A stretch of 64,000 nucleotides of DNA from Negaprion brevirostris (Eukaryota). The stretch spans positions 35,604,348 through 35,668,347 of the forward strand of contig JARDVH010000084.1 in NCBI GenBank assembly GCA_030324005.1, read 5' to 3'. Positions 39,650-51,729 of this stretch are shown in pieces; positions within the stretch are counted from its first letter, which is position 1; each line of letters starts with the position of its first letter. Under the pieces are notes generated by a model. That model was not told the origin of the DNA. It did not search any database and was given only the letters and a program-made list of their open reading frames with translations. The translations under genes were made by a program, and so were the position numbers.

Positions 39650-40330
39650 GCACCAGAATCCTGGAAACTGTCATCTTGCTCAACCATCATGATCCACCAA
39701 CCTTCCTGACGTCTTTGAACCTGGAATTAGATGCAGGTGCTAGCTACTCCAAAGTTGGCTGATAACTGTCCATCAGAAACCTGACCATTGATATTTTACC
39801 AGATATCAAATGAAATAACTCAGGAAGCCCAGCTGGAAAGCAGCATAACTTATTTACAGAATGCAAAGGAAAACGATAACTGTGATGCACGTGTTCTGCC
39901 GGCCCAGTCTTGGGTCTGCCTTATAGAAGGCTTAAGTAATGAGATCCAACTGAGCAAGCTATTGCCTGTTACCAAGGGAACACATACTCAACAAGCCCCA
40001 CAGGGATCAATAAATGGTTCTCCATGGATCTTGTGGACGTTATCACAACAATGAATGCATATTAAAATATGCCATTGAAAAAGCCAGATGTGTACTGAAG
40101 GCTGGCATCAAGTGCCCAGACAGATCTGGAATTGCCATTCAACACACACCAGCCAGAAAAGTTGTGGTGTGCTGCATGCTGTATAACATTGTGCAATTAT
40201 GAAATCTGGATGGAGAGACAAGATACAGAGCACAGATCCCCTTTGGAATTTCCCAATGAGAAGAAGGATGACAGAGCACAAATTGATGATGCCAGTGTAC
40301 CAGCAGCTGCTCACATTGCTGCCCTAATTA
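39650..40330 (+). mobile_element. PIF/Harbinger transposase (HARBI1-like DDE) remnant
   Basis: AIEKARCVLKAGIKCPDRSGIAIQHTP..VVVCCMLYNI matches the Harbinger C-terminal IE..G.LK.RF.CLD.SGG.LQY.P..CC.LHN pattern. Confidence 0.75.
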
Positions 40331-42069
40331 ATGCAAGTTTCACTTAGGTTGTGCTAGTGGGTTGGTATAAGAATCACATACAACAGACACTCTTCTCAAT
40401 ACACTGACACATTGCAGTCCTACAAACAACAAACCATCTCTTTTAATCCCTTTTTTGGTCTTTGTCAATTTATGCCTTCCGTCACCAAACAAGTGAAAAA
40501 GTGACTTGTCACTACACAACCAAGAATGATCAAGGCAGGAAAGTGGTACAAAAAATACAATTATTAACAAAACCAAGAGAAAAACCTTCAGAACGTACTC
40601 CAACCACTCATGCAGCTACAAAGCTTTCCTTTCCTACCACTACCACATGGGGTGTATGAGTGATACGAAACCACTGTGGCTCTGGACAAAGTGAAAGCAG
40701 GGTACTCAGATCTTAGCTGACATCTGTGTTTTGGAACCTGTGAGGGACCCATCTGCACCTGTGAATGGACAGACTCAGATATGGGATATGAGACACCATG
40801 TTTATGTGTACTGACTTGGATGGGGGATGAAGGTAACTGGTGAAAATTGGAAGCACTTCTATCATCTGTCTGCCTCGCTATACTTCATTACTACGCTTTG
40901 CTGTTCAGCACTTTGTTGCAGATCAGAGCTATACTCTAAGGCCAAAGCTGAGTATCCGTCATTCTATTTAAGGCAGATAAGTTGGCATCCAGAGGCTGCA
41001 CGGCAATTGTTGCATTTGATGTTCCAAGAAATTAGCCAGTCCATTCATGCAAGAACAAAAATTGCAAAACTGCAACATAAATTCATGTTTGATGTGGACT
41101 CCTCCAATCTCTCTGTATTTATGGTCAATGTACTCAGAAGGCCGATCAGTATATTGCACATTATTACAAACACATGAAATAGAGGCTGCTGCTCAATGAT
41201 TATTCTTATCATTAACAACCCATGGGATGCAGAATTTGTGTTCAGCTGAGAGGCTGCAGCCTCTGATGTGGACTATCCATTGCTCTTCCTGCAACCCCTG
41301 ATAATGGTTCCAATTGCTGTTCCTGCAACTACAAAATCTGGAAGGAATAACTATGAAATCTGAACAGCAACGTTCCTGCAGTTATTCTTGTTCAAGTCAC
41401 CAGATGAAAATCCAACTGTCTGCTGGTTCCGTTGAAATGCAAGTATCTGAGCTGGTGCATGTTAAATATAGGATCACAAGGCATAGAATGATTATACCAC
41501 AGGAAGAGGCCAATATATCTGTTCAGCCATTGTACGTGCCAGCTCTGTAAAATATACTCAACTAGTCCCCATTTCTGCCTTTTCAGCACAATCCTGCAAA
41601 TTCCCATTTCCAATTTGAATGTCACAAGTCTTGTCTTCACCACACTGTCAGCCATGCATTCCATGTTGTAATCACCTGCTGCATAAAATATATTTCCTCA
41701 TGACATCTGATTCTTTTGCTAATCACTTTTAAATTGGCATCCTCTGGTTCACAGCCCTTGCACCAATTGGAACAGTTTCTTTATCTACTGTTTCCTAACA
41801 CCTCATGACCTTGAACATCTTTATCAAGGCTCCTCGTACCCTTCACTTTGCCACAATAAAAAACGACTCCAGCTTCACCAGTCAAGGCAGCGTTTGATNN
41901 NNNNNNNNNNNNNNNNNNNNNNNNNNNNNNNNNNNNNNNNNNNNNNNNNNNNNNNNNNNNNNNNNNNNNNNNNNNNNNNNNNNNNNNNNNNNNNNNNNNN
42001 NNNNNNNNNNNNNNNNNNNNNNNNNNNNNNNNNNNNNNNNNNNNNNNNNNNNNNNNNNNNNNNNNNNNN

Positions 42070-42870
42070 NTCCTTCCATCATAAGATCAGAGGTAGGGAT
42101 GGTGGTTGACGATTGTTCAGTACTTTTTGCAACTCCTCAGAAACTGAAGCAATCCATGCCTGTATGTAACAAGGCCTGGATGACACTCAAGCTTAGGCTA
42201 ATATGTGGTAGATAACGTTCATGCAAACAAATGCCAGGCAATTAATATCCCCAACAAAGAAGAACCTAGTCACCTTTTTTTGTTGATGTTCATTGCTGGA
42301 TATCCTACCAAGAACATTCAGAGGATATTACTGACCAAAAAATTAACTGTCCAGCTGTACAAATAATATGACGACAAGAACATGTCAGAGGTGGAAAATT
42401 TTGAATAAATCACTTCCTGATTCCTGAAAACTTGTCCACCACATACAAGGCACAAGTCAGGGGTACCCACTTGCCTGAAAGAACACAGCTCCAACGCTCA
42501 AGAAACTTGACACCATCCAGAACAAAGATGAACAAATCTGTTGCAGCAGCAGAGGTGTGTATCATCTTCAGGATGCTGTGCAACAACTTGTCAAGGCTCT
42601 TCCAACATCTTTCACATTTAAAATCTCTCCCACCCAGAAGAACAATGTCAGTAAGTACATGGGAACATCACCAGCTGCAAGTTTTCCTCCAATTCATACA
42701 CACTGTAATTTGGAAATAGATCCTTCACCATTTCTGGGTCATGATCCTAGAACTCGCACCTTAACATCACTGTGGGTGTACCTACACTACATGGACTGCA
42801 GTAGTCCAAAAAGACAGCTCAGCACCACCTTTTCAAGGGCAGTTAGAGATGGGCAATAGATGTTGACTTT
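42070..42870 (+). mobile_element. Degenerate LINE 3' portion (same family as 925-2660)
   Basis: STTYKAQVR motif; 3' UTR ..CACCACCTTTTCAAGGGCAGTTAGAGATGGGCAATA. Confidence 0.75.
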
Positions 42871-43369
42871 GCCAGTGAGAAAGAAATCCTGCTTGGTGTA
42901 CCCTAAAATTGAATCATCTCTTCTGAGGGTTGTAAGCCACAATATCCTCAAACTGGTGTTACATGGATGAAGATCCCAGTGAAGATGAAATATGTGAGTC
43001 AGAACTAGCAAAGTAAGAATGTTGCAACTTTTCACAATGAAGGCAGCTGAGTCAACTGCTCTCACCATTCCCATTATTATCTATAACTATAGTGACAGAA
43101 TCACTTAAGGTGTTCCTGCACTGTTACCTCTGGTGTCCCCCAAAGGTCTGTCTTTGGTTCCCTACTAATTTTCATCTACTAACTTCCCCCCCAGAGTCAT
43201 CATCNNNNNNNNNNNNNNNNNNNNNNNNNNNNNNNNNNNNNNNNNNNNNNNNNNNNNNNNNNNNNNNNNNNNNNNNNNNNNNNNNNNNNNNNNNNNNNNN
43301 NNNNNNNNNNNNNNNNNNNNNNNNNNNNNNNNNNNNNNNNNNNNNNNNNNNNNNNNTAATTATTGGGAA

Positions 43370-44165
43370 GACTGATTTTAGTTCACACTCCAAACTCTGT
43401 CCCTCTCCCTGGCAACAACCTGAGATTAAGCCAATCTGTTCACACCCTTACTAAAATATTTGAGCCTGATATGAGCTTCTGATCCCTCACATTTGTGCTG
43501 TGATTATAACTGCTATCTGCATCTCTGTAACATTGCCTAACTTCATCCTTGGCTCAACTTAATTACTGCTGAATCCCTCATTCATGTCTTAATTTCCTCT
43601 AGACTTGATTGACCAATGCACTTCAAGTTGGTCTCCAATATTGTACCCTCCTGTAAATTTGACATTATCCAAGACTCTACTGCTGGTGACTTAATATGTG
43701 TCAAGTGCATTCCCTTATTACCCTTGTTTTTGCTGAGCTATGTCGGCTCCCAGTCAAGCAATATCTTGAGTTTAAAACTTATGGTTTTCAGATGCTTCCG
43801 TAGCCTTGCCCCTCCATATCTCTGCAATCTCCCCCAGCCACAATGCCGCTAATTATCTGTGCTCCTCTAATTCTGACCCCTTGAATATCCCTGAGTTTAG
43901 TTGTTCCACAATTGGTGGCTGCATCTTCAGTTGCCTAGGCCTTTAGCTGTAAAATATTCTCCCCAAGCTGCTCTGCCTCTTTATCTCACTTTCCTCCTTT
44001 AAGTCAATCCTTAAAATCTGCCTCACTGATCGAGATTTGATCAACTGCCCTAATATCTCCTTAAATGACATGGTATCATATTTTGTTTGATAATGCTGTT
44101 CTGAAGCATTTTGGAATATTTTATTACATTAAAAGTGCTACATAAGTTCAAATTTGTTGTTGTTA
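43370..44165 (+). mobile_element. L2-type LINE 3' end
   Basis: LAPPYLCNL motif; L2-like tail ..GTGCTACATAAGTTCAAATTTGTTGTTGTT. Confidence 0.7.
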
Positions 44166-44188
44166 TTCCTGTCCTCAGGAAAGCTCAC

Positions 44189-47100
44189 CTTAGCAAAATC
44201 CCTTCGATCCGCATAGGCCTGAGAACTGGTACAAGAGCCTTTCCAGATCTCCTCTCCATCCCAATAGTGCTGCAGCCTGAAAAGTCCACATGGTAGCAAG
44301 TGTTTCTGAAACATGCCAAGATTGCTTTAATTAGAAATCTTCCTTTGGCAGAATGGATGTTTGACCTCACCCTCCCTCCCTTCCTAATTGGTTGTGGAGT
44401 GCTTAGGCAGATAAATAATTGGTTTGCTTTGGTAAAGAGTAACTGTCAGATGTGCTGTGCATGGAGTCAGGGTCCAAATCCAAAAATGGTCCTGTTGCAC
44501 TGGGTTTAATTTGGTAAATATCTACCCAATGTCTCTAAAGGTTCACAACTTAGCATTGGCCCTGTCTTTACTTCCAACCAGCACATGCCTCTTTGTATTT
44601 CTGCTGCTATCACTTACTAGCTTATGGTCTGACGATGTCTCCTTTCTGGCTTTAAAACAGAAATTGCTGGAAAAACTCAGCCAGTCTGGCAGTGTCTGTG
44701 AAGAGAGAAATAGAGTTAATGTTTTGAGTCCGTATGACTATTCTCCAGAGCCTTTTTTTAACACTTGAAAAGAAGGCACTGAAAAGCTCTGAAAAAAAGA
44801 CTTGAAACGTCTCTTCACACGTGCTACTAAATCTGATGAGTTTTTCCAGGATTTTATTTATTTCAGATTTCCAGCATCTGCAGTATTTTGCTTTTATCTC
44901 CTTTCTGACTCATTGGCATGATGAGATATGTGTATGCAGCCACAACCACTTTCAGCAGTTACAACTCCTTTCTCCTCCTGTACATTGTCAAAGGTATCTC
45001 TGCCATTTCTTTACAAAAGCTGTTCAATTTGGTACTATTCCCATGCTCGTTCACCATAGTTCAGGAACTTTTTTTTCCTTTCAAGTACTTATCCAGTTCC
45101 CTTTGAAAATTACTATTGAATTTGCTTCCGCCACACTTTCAGGTAGTGCATTCCAGATTATAACAGCATGTTAAAGAAAGAATTGCTTCTCCATTGACAG
45201 CCCATGGTTCAGATGCTAACACATTTATCTTTTTGAATCATAAGGTTCTAGGTTGAAGTCCCATTCCAGGGCTTGAGCGCAAAAATCAATGCTGACGTTC
45301 CTGAGGGTACATTGCGCCATCAATTCTCCTGGCCCACTGTGCTGCTTAAGTAGCACAACAGGTCGGGAATTGGCAGCGGGGTTCTGTAGCGGGATTCGCA
45401 ATTGGCTTCTAGCCAATCGTGACACTCTGAGGCCATTCTTCTTAACCTAATCAGTTTCATGCCAGAAATCAGCGTGAGGCTGATTACAATATGAAAATCT
45501 AAATTTCCACATCATTAGCGAGTCCAGGACAGTATCCTTCTGGCTTGCTATTTGTCTCCCATCCTGCTGGGAGAGGTTCCCACCACTGGGGATTAAAGCT
45601 GGTCCCCATTACCCTGCTGGTTGGGGCAGGGATGCATGCCCTTGGGCAGTACTAGCCTGGTACTGCCATCTTGGCACTCTGGCAGTGCCTGAGGCTGCCC
45701 AGTGGGACAGGGTCTGAGGGAGTGNNNNNNNNNNNNNNNNNNNNNNNNNNNNNNNNNNNNNNNNNNNNNNNNNNNNNNNNNNNNNNNNNNNNNNNNNNNN
45801 NNNNNNNNNNNNNNNNNNNNNNNNNNNNNNNNNNNNNNNNNNNNNNNNNNNNNNNNNNNNNNNNNNNNNNNNNNNNNNNNNNNNNNNNNNNNNNNNNNNN
45901 NNNNNNNNNNNNNNNNNNNNNNNNNNNNNNNNNNNNNNNNNNNNNNNNNNNNNNNNNNNNNNNNNNNNNNNNNNNNNNNNNNNNNNNNNNNNNNNNNNNN
46001 NNNNNNNNNNNNNNNNNNNNNNNNNNNNNNNNNNNNNNNNNNNNNNNNNNNNNNNNNNNNNNNNNNNNNNNNNNNNNNNNNNNNNNNNNNNNNNNNNNNN
46101 NNNNNNNNNNNNNNNNNNNNNNNNNNNNNNNNNNNNNNNNNNNNNNNNNNNNNNNNNNNNNNNNNNNNNNNNNNNNNNNNNNNNNNNNNNNNNNNNNNNN
46201 NNNNNNNNNNNNNNNNNNNNNNNNNNNNNNNNNNNNNNNNNNNNNNNNNNNNNNNNNNNNNNNNNNNNNNNNNNNNNNNNNNNNNNNNNNNNNNNNNNNN
46301 NNNNNNNNNNNNNNNNNNNNNNNNNNNNNNNNNNNNNNNNNNNNNNNNNNNNNNNNNNNNNNNNNNNNNNNNNNNNNNNNNNNNNNNNNNNNNNNNNNNN
46401 NNNNNNNNNNNNNNNNNNNNNNNNNNNNNNNNNNNNNNNNNNNNNNNNNNNNNNNNNNNNNNNNNNNNNNNNNNNNNNNNNNNNNNNNNNNNNNNNNNNN
46501 NNNNNNNNNNNNNNNNNNNNNNNNNNNNNNNNNNNNNNNNNNNNNNNNNNNNNNNNNNNNNNNNNNNNNNNNNNNNNNNNNNNNNNNNNNNNNNNNNNNN
46601 NNNNNNNNNNNNNNGTTCTACTATCAAATAAACTGGTTGGATTTAAACCTGGTGTTGTCAGACTTCTTACTGTGTTTACCCCAGTCCACCGCCGGCATCA
46701 CTACATCACATTTGGGAGGCCAGTGATCGGGGAATGAGGGGGGCATCGCCAGCATTGCAGGGTCAAGGGCTGGCCAACAATCGAGCTGGTCAGCAATCAG
46801 GAGGCCAGCGATGCAGGCTACTGAGCATGCACCAATTTCCACTATGGCAGATTGATGCACACACAGTGACCTGCTCAGCGCTGTGGTACTGGCCTCTGCA
46901 GTGGGAATAGGCCCTGTCCACTAATTAATAATGGGTTTCATTCTAGGGTCCTCTGTGATGCACAGAGTGTGGGAGATTCAGTTTGAAAGTCATGCTGAAA
47001 AAACCAACGGGATTTACTCTAGTTTTTACGCATAGTCGGCATTTCGAATTTTTTGGGGAGAATTTCACCCATTGTCTGCTGGGAAAAATGACTCCCAGTT

Positions 47101-47286
47101 TTTCTAGTTTCTCTTGATTTCCCCACTACCATTCTAGAAGTGACACAATGTTTCACAGGCAAAGGACTTTGGGTGCATGCAGGATTTAAATCCCCCCAAA
47201 GCTGCTGTTAGATTGAGATCCCAGCATCATCCTGCTCAATCCAGCCATTGGAAAACTAATTAAAATATACAAAGAACCAGTGAAGT
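44189..47286 (-). pseudogene. Pseudogene long exon interrupted by several TE insertions
   Basis: Acceptor TTCTAAATAG|A (phase 2) LHWFFVYFN*FSNGWIEQDDAG...; the 3' end has ~85 open codons QLLFTKANQLFICLSTPQPIRKGGRVRSNIHSAKGRFLIKAILACFRNTCYHVDF...RIEGILL ending AG|GTGAGC. Confidence 0.6.
44649..44896. mobile_element. Short palindromic (Penelope-derived?) repeat with 11-bp TSD, inserted in a pseudogene exon
   Basis: Inverted arms CTGGAAAAACTCA / TGAGTTTTTCCAG; TCTCCTTTCTG duplicated at 44638-44648 and 44897-44907; partial copy at ~28390-28500. Confidence 0.7.
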
Positions 47287-47521
47287 CTATTTAGAATCCT
47301 CCAATCTGGCTTTAAAAACCAGTGTATGTGTTTCACAAGCTCTGCGCCTGACCATGATACAGAATGCAGAGTGGGGAGTGATTTTGACTGAAATTGAGCT
47401 GCTTGCTACAAACACTGAAATTATCAAGCTTTAGCTACACTGAAAGTTCTATGTTGACATGATTAATTCTGTCAGTTTGAAATCACTAGTCTCAGAAGCA
47501 ATTGCAATTGTGAGTACTTAC

Positions 47522-48885
47522 TTTCAAAATGCCTTGCAGTACAGTGAACTGCATCTTGGCAATAAGATGACAACACAAGAGCCACCTATACAGCAGTCAG
47601 CTCAATTTCTGGGGAGGAGCAGCAGGCAGACTGCATCACCTATTTCTTATTGACAAAGGCCACAAATTATATCTACTTTGCCACAGATGAGACTGCTTAA
47701 ACTCAGAGTGCTGTCAGTTTCACGACATTGACTGAATTGCTGCACAAATGAAATTAAATCTACCAGTTATCTTTGTGGACTGGAATGGTCTCTGAATGTC
47801 CAGCTAGTTTGGGACCATTGATTGCAAGGCCACCATGCAAGTCTGTATCCAGGGAGGATTTTTAAAAAATTCTTTCATGGGATGTACCAGCATTTTACTT
47901 CTCCCCTACCATGCTATTTGAGAGTCAACCACATTATTTTAGGTTTGGAGTCACATGCAGGCCAGACCAGGTAAAGATGGGGGTGGGGGGGGGGATTTCC
48001 TTCTCTACAGGGCTTCAGTGAATCAAGTCTTTTTTTACAACAATCAACAGTGGTTTATGGTCATTATTAGATTTTTTTAAAATTTCAGGTGGGATGATGA
48101 ACCCTGTGACCCTGGATTGCTAGCCCATTGACAACAGTACTATGCAACTACCTCCCCTCATTCTATGGCAATTATATCTCCAGCAGGTGTTCTCTTCATC
48201 ACACAACCTCAGTGGATGGCTCCTTGGAGACAATTTAGCATGGGCCATCCACCTAACCTGTACATCTTTGGACTGTAGGAGAAAACAGGAGCACCCAGAG
48301 GAAACCCATGCAGAAACAGGGAGAAAGTCCAAGCTCCACATAGACACTGACCCAAGACCAGAATCAAACCTAGGTCTCTAGTGCTATGAGAAAGCAGTGT
48401 TAATCACTGTACCACCGTGCCGCCATTATGATGAATCAGAGCACAAATGTCAGAGACTGGCATCTTCTTCTGGCATTGTTACTCTGACATTTGTAGCTAA
48501 CTATTGATGGCACACTTGACGTTTTGGGTAGCACTTTGTTCCATATGCTCCCAAAGCTTCTTCCTGACCTGAAGCTCCTTGCCCCCCTTTTCAATAGAGA
48601 GGGTATCCTTTAACTCCCTCAACTCGCTAAGTAGGGTTTCCTCTGCCAGCTTCTGCTGAACAAATGACAGCAGCAGTCTCGCTTCCCTCTGAGGAGTCCT
48701 CCCACTCTGCTCAAAAATGCATGCCTCTTCAGTCCAAGGGGCTGGCAGCTCTGAGCTACTGGTTGTGCAGATGAGCGTTATTCTCCGTTCAAGTTCGTAC
48801 CCATTTGCCCTCAGAGCTCTCCGCTCTGTTCGTGACAGCTGCACCCTGACTTGTGCCTGTCGACTGAATTTTGAAAATTGTTCCT
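47522..48885 (-). pseudogene. Pseudogene long exon interrupted by two SINEs
   Basis: Acceptor TAATATTTCAG|AG (phase 1, giving GAG) opens ~128 stop-free codons EEQFSKFSRQAQVRVQLSRTERRALRANGYELERR...; the frame resumes after SINEs at ~47850 (QWSQTSWTFRDHSSPQR*LVDLISFVQQ...) and ends AA|GTAAGT at 47522. Confidence 0.7.
48225..48425 (-). mobile_element. HE1/V-SINE inserted in a pseudogene exon
   Basis: Starts GGCGGCACGGTGG on the minus strand. Confidence 0.85.
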
Positions 48886-49092
48886 CTGAAATATTAGCAA
48901 CCGGTTAATTGGAGGCGAGCGGATACCAGGCTCTCCCTTTCTCACCTTCCCTTTGAAAATTGCATTGCATTCCGAAAATGTCGAGTGACACCCGCCCGGA
49001 ACGTTCTTCTCAATCCGCGCCCGCACCGTAATGCTCATATCCCACGAATTACACATGGGTAAATGCGTAGAATGTACATTTACTTAACTTAC

Positions 49093-49427
49093 CGCCATTT
49101 AATCCAAAAAATGTGCATTCTTCCGCTTTCACCACAGTTTGGACTTGTGACATAAATTTATCACACACAACCTCCTGCAGCTTCTGTTGTTTTGTCCAGC
49201 AGTTAGGAGTGATAACTTTGAGAGAGATCAGAGAATATTGAGTCCCAGGGGAGCTCCCATTACTAGTCAAAGATGTTCCCTATCGTTCGCTGTGCTGTTG
49301 CTGGTTGTGTTTACTTGTTTCAACCAGTCTGGAGTAGTCATTCCAGTCGGCCACACTGAACAGGATTACAGCTGCTCTCTCCGCCAATTTTTGGCGTTAC
49401 CATGATGCTGAAATCCGGCATTATCAC
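49093..49427 (-). pseudogene. Pseudogene exon
   Basis: Acceptor TGTTGTACAG|; 3' part reads ..ITPNCWTKQQKLQEVVCDKFMSQVQTVVKAEECTFFGLNG then G|GTAAGT (phase 1); stops and a frameshift in the 5' half. Confidence 0.6.
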
Positions 49428-49830
49428 CTGTACAACAGCCCATGTTAACAACCAAATAGGAAATGAAGCATACACGTTGTTTAAAACTGGCACTCTGCTA
49501 TTGTCTTTCCATCTTACCAATAAACCCGCTCACATAACGTACACGCGTGCTCTCGTCCTGAGAATACATGTATTGAGAGCTCACGTCAGTTCATTTTTTT
49601 GAATTTATAAATCAGAAACATGATTAGCAGCTCCTGAATTTTTAATTAGCCCCATGTGAGGAAAGTGGTTAATATTTTGGAGAGCACTGCTGCATAGTTA
49701 GCATTCATGTCACAGCATTAAACGTAAACTCTCTGGGAAATTCACCATTGACTGGGTTAAAAATCTGGGAGGATTTGCTTACTTCATGCTGTGATTAGGC
49801 GGGCTGCTGTTTTGTTTAAAATGAGCAAAC

Positions 49831-50015
49831 CTGCATTTGTGAGTTTTCTGTCTGACGGTGCGACCAGTGGGAAAAGGGAGTGAGTGATTCAGGGACGGGG
49901 TTCTCACTCAGGTTATCACAAGCTGTCAGCAGTCGTCCTCTTGCAGTGAGCAGGCTCTCTCACACACTTCCAATCTTTAGCTGTCACACCGATATTCAAG
50001 TCATTCTCCTTCATT
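49831..50015 (-). pseudogene. Pseudogene candidate first coding exon
   Basis: CTCAG|A ATG at 50014: MKENDLNIGVTAKDWKCVREPAHCKRTTADSL*. A frameshifted 3' part ends ..ENSQMQ|GTTTGC, phase 0, compatible with the acceptor at 49427. Confidence 0.35.
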
Positions 50016-51723
50016 CTGAGGTGACGAGAAGATATGACACAGTTTCAATATGATCCGGTGCGTCCGAAACGTCATCTCACTCGCCCAGCGCTTAGCCAAG
50101 CGGTTGCTGGACGGAATCATCAGCACAGTATAAACATTTGTCAATATATCTTTAAGATATTAATCCAAAGTCTAATTTTACAAAAAAAGGCAGCTTTTAA
50201 CTTAGTTTTGCGGACATTTCTGCAACAGGAAGCACAACGTTTCACGTAGGACGCAGGGAGGTGTGGTGAAATTGGACGTTTTTTTCCCTTTCATTTCAAC
50301 GTTTTTTTTCGAAATCAAAATGTGCAATAAAAGATTTCGAAAGTTTCACCGAAAAATCAAACGTTTGAACTGGAGTTTTGATGATTCGAGTGGGCGGCGG
50401 GAAAATATTTGAAATATTCAAAAACAAACAAAAAGAGGAAAAGAAACTCGGCACAAATTGTAACGGTTTTTTAATGTCAACAGTGCGTTTAAAAAAAAAC
50501 AGCTCCAAGATTTTTAAGAAGTATAATACGTTGAGAAACTTGAGGCAAATAACAGAATAATGTCTTTAGTTAGGAGTCTTGTTTTATTTTACTGAACTAT
50601 TGGCCTGCTGACGCATCTGCAGGCATGCATTCATATTGTAACAATTTTCATGTTTCCACATTTCGGATCACTTTCGTTTATACATCACGATGATTAATTC
50701 ACCTTTCTATTTGTCTCAACAACGTATCGACAGCATTTTATCCCACGCAATTAACTTTACGATTTCAACCACAAATTAAATGTTTCATTATTCTGATATG
50801 CTTCAGTTACGATGTTACAATTCCTCATTAAGATATCTTTCTTGCATTTTGTGGAAAGTAAATACTGTAGTTTGAACAAACTGTGTTACAAATAAACACT
50901 GTTATTTTCCAAATATTGTCACGAATTTCTCTCTGTTACTTACATACACCCGATATTATGTAAACTACCAAGAAACGTTGTACAATTGGTAGGTCAGAAT
51001 TTATACATCTGCATCTACTAACTAATGGCCTAACGGCATTTTTGAGATCATCCAAATACTTTCTTCAATGCGATTTCGTCACCTTCCTCAAGCATTATCG
51101 TCAATTAAAATCCAGTTTTGCTATTTATTAAAGTGACCTGCTCCAAGTTTTAGTAAACATCGTTGTTTCAGATTTTTCGTTAGAGTTATGTTTCGCCACA
51201 GACATGAAATTATTTCGCTTAAGAGTTAAAAGGTTATTTTCGATAAAGTGATCTAATTAAGTGAAACCACAATTACAATGTCGAAATATTGATTTCTTTA
51301 AACACGAAACTGCGTGGTGTGATCGGTGTAGAACGGATTTCCACCTCCATTTTTAAAGCCATGTCTTCTTCTGTGAAATTACTGATCACTACCGACTACA
51401 GAAAACGTAATCTGCCAATTATAGCAATATTAGTAAAGACAAAACGCACACGACAATTAAACCACGTTAATAAATTCATCAAAATAAAGTCATCAAGATA
51501 AACGTTTTTATTCCATACATAGTTCCTTCTGAATGACACGCTCTATTCTTCAGATCTATTATAAAAACATCCTTTATTATACGATGTAATGTGACTTGTA
51601 GAGAGAGCTAAACGTTAAATTGTACCTCTTGTGTTACCTGCTACATTAATAAATTAATTCAGGAAATGCAACGCCATTCACAGCATTAAGATAGATAACT
51701 TTTTTTACATTTACAAGGAAGCA

Positions 51724-51729
51724 TTTATT
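51724..51729 (-). terminator. Candidate polyadenylation signal (AATAAA) of the INK4 gene
   Basis: TTTATT on + strand ~770 nt past the stop codon; alternatives at 51573-51578 and 51507-51512. Confidence 0.4.

Larger units (their letters stand above)
1991..50015 (-). pseudogene. Large decayed multi-exon gene (unitary pseudogene) of unidentified family
   Basis: About 14 unique-sequence islands with minus-strand AG/GT boundaries, phase-concordant junctions (49093>48885, 47522>47286, 44189>29632, 24454>24160, 6251>6187), protein-like frames with stops and frameshifts, and an internal peptide repeat. Confidence 0.7.

Noticed and set aside
1991-50015. Idea that the stop-rich gene is alive through stop-codon recoding or U-to-C editing (stops read well as Gln/Arg)
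   Set aside because: Any stop becomes Gln/Arg by T>C, so the pattern is trivial. Frameshifts and TE insertions within exons indicate ordinary decay.
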